DNA from: Planctomycetota bacterium | GTDB lineage: Bacteria > Planctomycetota > GCA-002687715 > DRQF01 | DNA length: 10,148 bases | Direction: 5' to 3' | NCBI GenBank assembly: GCA_036479435.1 | Contig: JAZGFI010000051.1 | Span: 1-10,148, forward strand | In this document: piece by piece, positions 7,459 through 10,148 of the stretch | Position numbering within the stretch: position 1 is the first letter of the stretch | How the letters are laid out: every line of letters starts with the position of its first letter | Position numbers and translations under genes: made by a program | Notes under the pieces: model-generated | Told to the model about the DNA's origin: nothing | What the model saw: the letters and a program-made list of their open reading frames with translations, nothing else | The model's database searches: none

Positions 7459-8470
7459 AGAGTCCGGTGACCACGTCCACGGTGTGCGAGTCCGCAACCA
7501 CGGCGTAGACCACCTTTTTTGTTTCAATGTTGATGACGGTGATACGATCTCCGGGAGCACCGTCCTTCGAGGCCTTGCAGAGCGCCTTGACCAGGATTCC
7601 GCCAATCTTGACGCGGGCCGTCACCAGATCGCCGCGGCGAATCACCGGCTGCGAGCTGAAGGATGAACGGCGCAAGGGCTGCGTTGCCTGAAGGTTGACT
7701 TTGGCAATCATCCCCAGCAGCTCTGCGGGGCTTTCGTAGTACTCGGTCGCCATGCGGCCCAGATCAATTTCTTTGACATCGAGATCCTCGAGTCTCACGA
7801 CCCGGCCTCTTCCGATACGGCGCTTGGCGACGACGACCTTGCCGCGGCGATTCACGAGCATCGGCACCGCTACGACTTCGGCGAGTTCGCCGTCAACTCT
7901 GATCTCAACTGCGAGGTTGACACGTCCGGCGTAGCGGCTGTTTTTTTGGTCCGGCCTGACCCGGAAGTCGATACTGAAGCGCGCCGCGGGAACGTCGATG
8001 CCCTTCAGGACATCCAGGGGTCTAATCTCACCCACGCCTTTTTGCCCCGCGAGAGCTTCTTTGAGATGTCGATCGACTTGGGCGCGAAGACGACTGGGAC
8101 GAATCCTGACGAGGTCCGGCCGCACTCGGACCGACTGGGCGCCCTCGAAATGCAGAGCCCCAGCCTTTCCGCGTTGGTCTTCGATGAGACGGCGAATGGT
8201 CTCCCGTTGGAACACCATTTGGCGCCGGCCTCGAAGAAAGCGCCCCACCACAAGCCGGCGCAACCGGCGCTCGATGCGCGGGTCGAGTGCTTCGACATTG
8301 GCGATGTCGCCCAGGGTGACGCGAAGGCCCTTGGTTTGCGCCTCGCCCTTGAGGGTGACCCAAACCGGGCCTTCGTCGAAGGTGCTGGCCGAGACCGAGG
8401 TCCAGGGAATGGCCACCAACAGGACGGCCAAAACAGAGAATCTGATGATTTGCAACATGACCATGACCAT
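7457..8470 (-). CDS. flgA: flagellar P-ring assembly chaperone, long form
   Basis: 337 aa with an N-terminal hydrophobic signal segment, SAF-like 'VVVAKRRIGRGRVVRLEDL', and C-terminal 'VIRRGDLVT...GGILVKALCKASKDGAPGDRITVIN'. Lies between flgG and flgH. The exact start among the M-V-M-V-M codons is uncertain; 8470 gives a TGATG overlap with flgG. Confidence 0.9.
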   Translation of the reverse strand: MVMVMLQIIRFSVLAVLLVAIPWTSVSASTFDEGPVWVTLKGEAQTKGLRVTLGDIANVEALDPRIERRLRRLVVGRFLRGRRQMVFQRETIRRLIEDQRGKAGALHFEGAQSVRVRPDLVRIRPSRLRAQVDRHLKEALAGQKGVGEIRPLDVLKGIDVPAARFSIDFRVRPDQKNSRYAGRVNLAVEIRVDGELAEVVAVPMLVNRRGKVVVAKRRIGRGRVVRLEDLDVKEIDLGRMATEYYESPAELLGMIAKVNLQATQPLRRSSFSSQPVIRRGDLVTARVKIGGILVKALCKASKDGAPGDRITVINIETKKVVYAVVADSHTVDVVTGL

Positions 8471-9249
8471 CAGTTGATGATCTGGTTGACGGTGGTGAGC
8501 ATGTCGTCCGCGGCGGAGATCGCGCGGCTATTCGTTTCGTAGGCGCGCTGCGAGACGATCAGGTTGACGAGCTCGCTCACGACCTCAACGTTGGAACGTT
8601 CAAGGTAGCCGCTTTGAATTCGGCCCAGTCCCTGCCCGCTTCCGGGTGATCCGGTAAAAGACGACCCCGAGGCTTCGGTAGCCTTGAGCAAGTTGTTGCC
8701 CAGGGCATCGAGGCCCGCCGGGTTGGGGAAGTTTGACAGCTGAATCTGCCCGACCAAGGTCGGAGCGGCCGAGCCGACGCGGGCGTTGATTTCACCCTCG
8801 GGCGATACGCTGATCGAGGCACCGGGCTCCACCGTGCCGATACTCGCGAGGCGATAGCCATCCGAGTTGACAATGGAGCCTTCGGCGTCGAGTTTGAAGT
8901 TACCGTCGCGCGAGTAGACCGGGCTGCCGTCGATGTCGACGAGTTCGAAGAATCCCTGCCCCTCAATAACCATGTCTAAGGGCTGGCCTGTTTCTTCAAT
9001 CACGCCCGGTGTAAACACTTTTGTCGTGCTGACAAGCGAAGCTCCAGAACCGACCTGGAGTCCAGTGGGCCGGGATAAACTCTGTCCTCTCGACGCCTCT
9101 TGACGGGTGGTGTAGACGAGATCCTTGAAGTTCGCAAGCGACTTCTTGAAACCCGTCGTGTTGACGTTGGCAAGGTTGTTGGCGATGACATCGATACGCG
9201 TTTGCTGAGCGCGCATTCCCGTGGCCGCCGTAAAAAGGGCCTTCAACAT
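8470..9249 (-). CDS. flgG: flagellar basal-body distal rod protein
   Basis: 259 aa. 'ALFTAATGMRAQQTRIDVIANNLANVNTTGFKKS', 'YSRDGNFKLDAEG', and 'GYLERSNVEVVSELVNLIVSQRAYETNSRAISAADDML'. Confidence 0.96.
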   Translation of the reverse strand: MLKALFTAATGMRAQQTRIDVIANNLANVNTTGFKKSLANFKDLVYTTRQEASRGQSLSRPTGLQVGSGASLVSTTKVFTPGVIEETGQPLDMVIEGQGFFELVDIDGSPVYSRDGNFKLDAEGSIVNSDGYRLASIGTVEPGASISVSPEGEINARVGSAAPTLVGQIQLSNFPNPAGLDALGNNLLKATEASGSSFTGSPGSGQGLGRIQSGYLERSNVEVVSELVNLIVSQRAYETNSRAISAADDMLTTVNQIIN

Positions 9250-9265
9250 GTGCTTCTCTCTCTTT

Positions 9266-9362
9266 TCTCAATGAGCCCTTTCGAGCTCATCATCTCATCG
9301 GGCCTCTCACCGCCCGTTCACTCTCAAACTCCAAAGAGCGCTCTCACCTGCGCTTTGGAATC
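9266..9362 (-). promoter_or_regulatory. putative structured intercistronic RNA element / flgG leader (three hairpins, repeated UGAGA)
   Basis: Hairpins at 9330-9359, 9299-9316 and 9271-9290 can be read directly from the sequence. CTCTCACC occurs at 9304 and 9341. Function is unknown. Confidence 0.5.
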
Positions 9363-9376
9363 AACATTCGCTCCGC

Positions 9377-10102
9377 CTACTGGACGCCGCGAATCAATGC
9401 CTCCTGAGCGCGATCCAAAGTCATGATGGCGCGCTGCATGGACTCGAAGTTCTTTTTTGCTGTCAGCATCTCGATCGTGCCGTGGACACCGGTGAACTTG
9501 GGCATCTCGAGGTACTTGTGATGAACCAGGGTGTCGGTCGCATCTTCCGCCTCGAGATCTTTCGGGGCGCGGTATAGGGTTTCTGAGGCAGACTCCAGCC
9601 TTGACCGCGAATCGCCTTCGAACTCGACGATCTTCAATCGCGCGATTTCTTTGTTGCCCTGTACGATGGCACCCTGGCGGTCGATGGAGATCGCGCCGGC
9701 AAAGGGATCGATAACGATAGGGTCGTCGCGGCTATCGAGGACGTCGTCGCCACGTCGTGTACGCAACCTCCCCTGAGCGTCGGTCATGAGGTCACCGTTG
9801 CGGGTGTAGAGGGTTTCACCCTCGGCACTACGCACGGTGAGGAATCCCTTGCCCTCAAGGGCGACCGAGTAGGGAAGCTCCGAGTTGCGGAGGCTCCCCT
9901 GTTGGAAACTCACCGTTTCTTTGGCGGCGATGAGATTCTGAGCGCGCCCGGAATCTTCAAGAAAGGAACCGAAGTTTTGGAAGATCACGCGGTTGCGTTG
10001 AAAGCCTGGCGTGTTCGCGTTGACCGTGTTGTAGGTCGAGTTTTCTAGCGCGCGATGAATCGCCGCGAGACCGCTCGCCGAGCTGTAAAGGTAGTCGTCC
10101 AT
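9377..10102 (-). CDS. flgF: flagellar basal-body rod protein, FlgF-like, divergent
   Basis: 241 aa directly upstream of flgG. 'LYSSASGL...NANTPGFQR', 'FQQGSLRNSELPYSVALEGKGFLTV', and 'LYTRNGDLMTDAQGRLRTRRGDDVL'. Terminal signature motifs are degenerate. Confidence 0.82.
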   Translation of the reverse strand: MDDYLYSSASGLAAIHRALENSTYNTVNANTPGFQRNRVIFQNFGSFLEDSGRAQNLIAAKETVSFQQGSLRNSELPYSVALEGKGFLTVRSAEGETLYTRNGDLMTDAQGRLRTRRGDDVLDSRDDPIVIDPFAGAISIDRQGAIVQGNKEIARLKIVEFEGDSRSRLESASETLYRAPKDLEAEDATDTLVHHKYLEMPKFTGVHGTIEMLTAKKNFESMQRAIMTLDRAQEALIRGVQ

Positions 10103-10148
10103 GTTTCTCTCTCACTAAGCCGACGCTCCCGCCGGCAACTCTCGCGGG

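Noticed and set aside
7447..7605. 53 aa N-terminal extension of FlgH in the ORF track
   Set aside because: It overlaps the conserved flgA C-terminus in another frame and would bury the signal peptide. The ATG at 7446 has its own RBS.
9323..9359. Intrinsic terminator after flgF
   Set aside because: The hairpin is followed only by GUUUG, which is too short a U-tract to call.
9250..9376. Known riboswitch (c-di-GMP-I, TPP or glycine) or CRISPR mini-array in the spacer
   Set aside because: A GAAA tetraloop and UGAGA are present, but I cannot find the other conserved cores or architecture of these riboswitches by eye. The repeats are only 4-8 nt with no repeat-spacer pattern. An Rfam scan would settle it.
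138..9776. Numerous other short plus-strand and alternate-frame ORFs, such as 138-713, 5666-6244, 7946-8542 and 8996-9271
   Set aside because: All overlap confidently assigned genes, have low-information Arg/Ser/Pro-rich translations, and show no family motifs.
10115..10147. 3' end of an upstream minus-strand gene (…PRELPAGASA*, TAG at 10115-10117)
   Set aside because: Only 10 codons are visible, so it cannot be told apart from non-coding sequence or identified.
9250..10148. Sigma-28 or sigma-54 promoter upstream of flgF or flgG
   Set aside because: I found no convincing TAAA-N15-GCCGATAA or TGGCAC-N5-TTGC match in the available non-coding sequence.

Overview
GC-rich bacterial DNA, almost entirely one compact minus-strand flagellar basal-body and hook-junction operon: flgF-flgG-flgA-flgH-flgI-flgJ(short)-flgN-flgK-flgL. 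An Eis-like GNAT acetyltransferase gene starts 2 nt after flgL. L- and P-ring genes indicate a diderm. The gene order and the long FlgA, FlgK and FlgL resemble planctomycete or deltaproteobacterial operons, but this is an inference, not a taxonomic call. Most of the window is a conventional flagellar locus. The unusual parts are: (1) a 127-nt flgF-flgG spacer that folds into three hairpins on the mRNA strand, two carrying the same GGUGAGAG sequence, with six UGAG repeats; (2) the GNAT gene sitting where fliW/csrA often lie, with no flgM between flgJ and flgN; (3) a cysteine-free FlgH with no lipobox; (4) an FlgF with both rod signature motifs degenerate. I saw no mobile elements, CRISPR arrays or RNA genes.
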